Shown: positions 30,469 to 32,000 of the stretch, piece after piece
How positions within the stretch are numbered: position 1 is the first letter of the stretch
Layout of the letters: the number at the start of each line of letters is the position of its first letter
NCBI RefSeq assembly: GCF_000195855.1
Contig: NC_002677.1
Coordinates: forward strand, 990,001 to 1,022,000
Direction: 5' to 3'
From: Mycobacterium leprae TN
Lineage (GTDB): Bacteria; Actinomycetota; Actinomycetes; Mycobacteriales; Mycobacteriaceae
DNA length: 32,000 bases
Translations under genes and position numbers: made by a program
The notes under the pieces: model-generated
Told to the model about the DNA's origin: nothing
Database searches by the model: none
The model's input: the letters and a program-made list of their open reading frames with translations, nothing else

Positions 30469-31413
30469 TTAACGGGATACCGAGGTACCGACGGTCCGGG
30501 TGCCTGCAGCCTGCTCGTAGAGCCGACCGGCGCGATACGATGACCGCACCAGCGGCCCGCCCAGCACACCCGAGAAGCCCAAACCTTCGGCGTATTGCGT
30601 GTACTCGACGAACTCCTCAGGCCTGACCCAGCGCTCGACCGGGTGGTGGCGCATCGACGGACGCAGATATTGGGTGATGGTGACGATGTCGCAGCCGGTT
30701 TTGCGCAAATCGGCCAGGGCAGTGCGCACCTCATCAGCGGTTTCGCCTAGGCCGAGGATCAGGTTGCTTTTGGTGACCAGGCCGGCCTCGCGCGCTGCAG
30801 TGAGCACGTCCAGGCTGCGTTGGTAGGTGAAAGCAGGCCGAATCCGTTTAAAGATGCGTGGCACGGTTTCGACGTTGTGCGCCAACACTTGTGGGCGTGA
30901 GTCGAAGACTTCCGCCAGTCGCGCGGGCTGCCCGTTGAAGTCCGGAATCAACAGTTCGACCCCGGTCGACGGATTGAGCTCTTTAATGGCTCGCACGGTT
31001 GTGGCGTACAGCCAGGCACCGCCGTCGGGCAAGTCGTCGCGGGCGACCCCAGTGACGGTGGTATACCGCAGCCCCATGGTTTGCACGCTCTCGGCGACCC
31101 GTCGGGGCTCGTCGCGGTCCAACGCAGCCGGCTTCCCGGTGTCGATCTGGCAGAAGTCGCACCGGCGGGTGCACTGATCACCACCGATCAGAAAGGTGGC
31201 TTCCCGATCTTCCCAGCATTCGAAGATGTTGGGGCAACCGGCCTCTTCGCAGACCGTGTGCAGAGCAACACGGCGGACCAGGTTTTTTAGCGCGGTGTAC
31301 TCTGGTCCCATGCGGGCCCGGGTTTTGATCCATGGCGGCTTGCGCTCGATCGGGGTCTGTGCGTTGCGCACTTCTAATCGCAGTAAGCGGCAGTCTTCGG
31401 GCGCAACAGTCAC
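30469..31413 (-). CDS. lipA: lipoyl synthase (radical SAM)
   Basis: ORF 30469..31617 trimmed to the GTG at 31413 ([30 protein letters not shown]), giving 314 aa. The auxiliary cluster motif is [12 protein letters not shown] and the radical-SAM motif is CTRRCDFC. The GTG overlaps the lipB TGA (GTGA at 31410-31413). Confidence 0.95.
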   Translation of the reverse strand: MTVAPEDCRLLRLEVRNAQTPIERKPPWIKTRARMGPEYTALKNLVRRVALHTVCEEAGCPNIFECWEDREATFLIGGDQCTRRCDFCQIDTGKPAALDRDEPRRVAESVQTMGLRYTTVTGVARDDLPDGGAWLYATTVRAIKELNPSTGVELLIPDFNGQPARLAEVFDSRPQVLAHNVETVPRIFKRIRPAFTYQRSLDVLTAAREAGLVTKSNLILGLGETADEVRTALADLRKTGCDIVTITQYLRPSMRHHPVERWVRPEEFVEYTQYAEGLGFSGVLGGPLVRSSYRAGRLYEQAAGTRTVGTSVSR

Positions 31414-32000
31414 AGTGTCGATGTTACGCTGGCAGGAGTGGACAGCCAGCTCAGGGCTAACCAACCGTCCAAAGCGTCGTTGACGGCCTCGGCGATCGCT
31501 GAGCGGACATCGTTGACGGCAACGGTGCGTCCGAGTTCGGCGGACAACGATGTCACCCCGGCGTCGCTGATGCCGCAAGGTACGATGGCGTGGAAGGCGT
31601 CCAGATCGCACTGGCAATTAAGCGCGAATCCGTGCATCGTCGTCGCACGTGACACCCGGACGCCGATAGCGGCGATTTTGCGCGCAGGCTGACCGGCACT
31701 GCCCGGCACCCAGATCCCGGAGCGGCCGTTGACTCGGCTGGTGTCCAGGCCCAGTTCCGCACAGACCTTGATCAATGCTTCCTCGAGGCGTCGAACATAG
31801 TTGACTACGTCGAGCGGCTCGGCAAGCCCAATGATCGGGTAGCCGACCAACTGCCCTGGGCCATGCCAGGTGATCTTGCCTCCGCGGTCGGTTTCCACAA
31901 CGGGAACGCCGTGCAGCGACGGGTTTGGTCGTTCGTGTGGCTGAGTTCGCCGTCCGGCGGTGTAGACTGGCGGGTGCTGCAGTAGCAGCAGCGTGTCGGG
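31410..32000 (-). CDS. lipB: octanoyltransferase (lipoate-protein ligase B), 5' part outside the window
   Basis: The minus-strand frame is open from the window edge ([25 protein letters not shown]...[23 protein letters not shown]...[16 protein letters not shown]). It contains the conserved RGG-TWHGPGQ motif and the catalytic-Cys region. The listed ORF's initial M is an internal GTG valine. Confidence 0.9.
   Translation of the reverse strand, partial: PDTLLLLQHPPVYTAGRRTQPHERPNPSLHGVPVVETDRGGKITWHGPGQLVGYPIIGLAEPLDVVNYVRRLEEALIKVCAELGLDTSRVNGRSGIWVPGSAGQPARKIAAIGVRVSRATTMHGFALNCQCDLDAFHAIVPCGISDAGVTSLSAELGRTVAVNDVRSAIAEAVNDALDGWLALSWLSTPASVTSTL

Overview
GC-rich actinobacterial DNA that I identify as Mycobacterium leprae. 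It holds two near-identical inverted copies of the RLEP dispersed repeat, including the strings I recall as standard RLEP PCR targets. About 40% of the window is frameshifted or stop-riddled pseudogene debris between intact genes. Gene order from 5' to 3': dnaG 3' end, a small membrane protein and tRNA-Asn. Next come a decayed malic-enzyme gene and a decayed methionine-salvage operon (mtnA-B-D-C) with a perfect 60-bp palindrome at the mtnD/mtnC junction. An intact sulfur island follows: on the minus strand a TQXA/thioester-domain protein, cysK and cysE, and divergently a Family 2A encapsulin shell protein (the M. leprae 35-kDa major membrane protein I) overlapping a cysteine desulfurase with a ~225-aa disordered N-terminal extension. 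Then come an lppP-like pseudogene, intact narK, acyl-CoA-oxidase-like and MarR-like pseudogenes, and an ECF-type transporter pair. RLEP copy A is followed by a 9.4-kb block (ltp1 and sirR pseudogenes, ribF, rpsO, gpsI/pnp, pepR, a nitronate-monooxygenase pseudogene), inverted RLEP copy B, and a DUF4191 gene with lipA and lipB on the minus strand. The main finding is the encapsulin-desulfurase nanocompartment locus wired to cysK/cysE and an unusual signal-less thioester-domain protein, all kept intact while neighbours decayed. All homology calls come from reading the translations and from memory of the families. No database search was run, and pseudogene boundaries are approximate.
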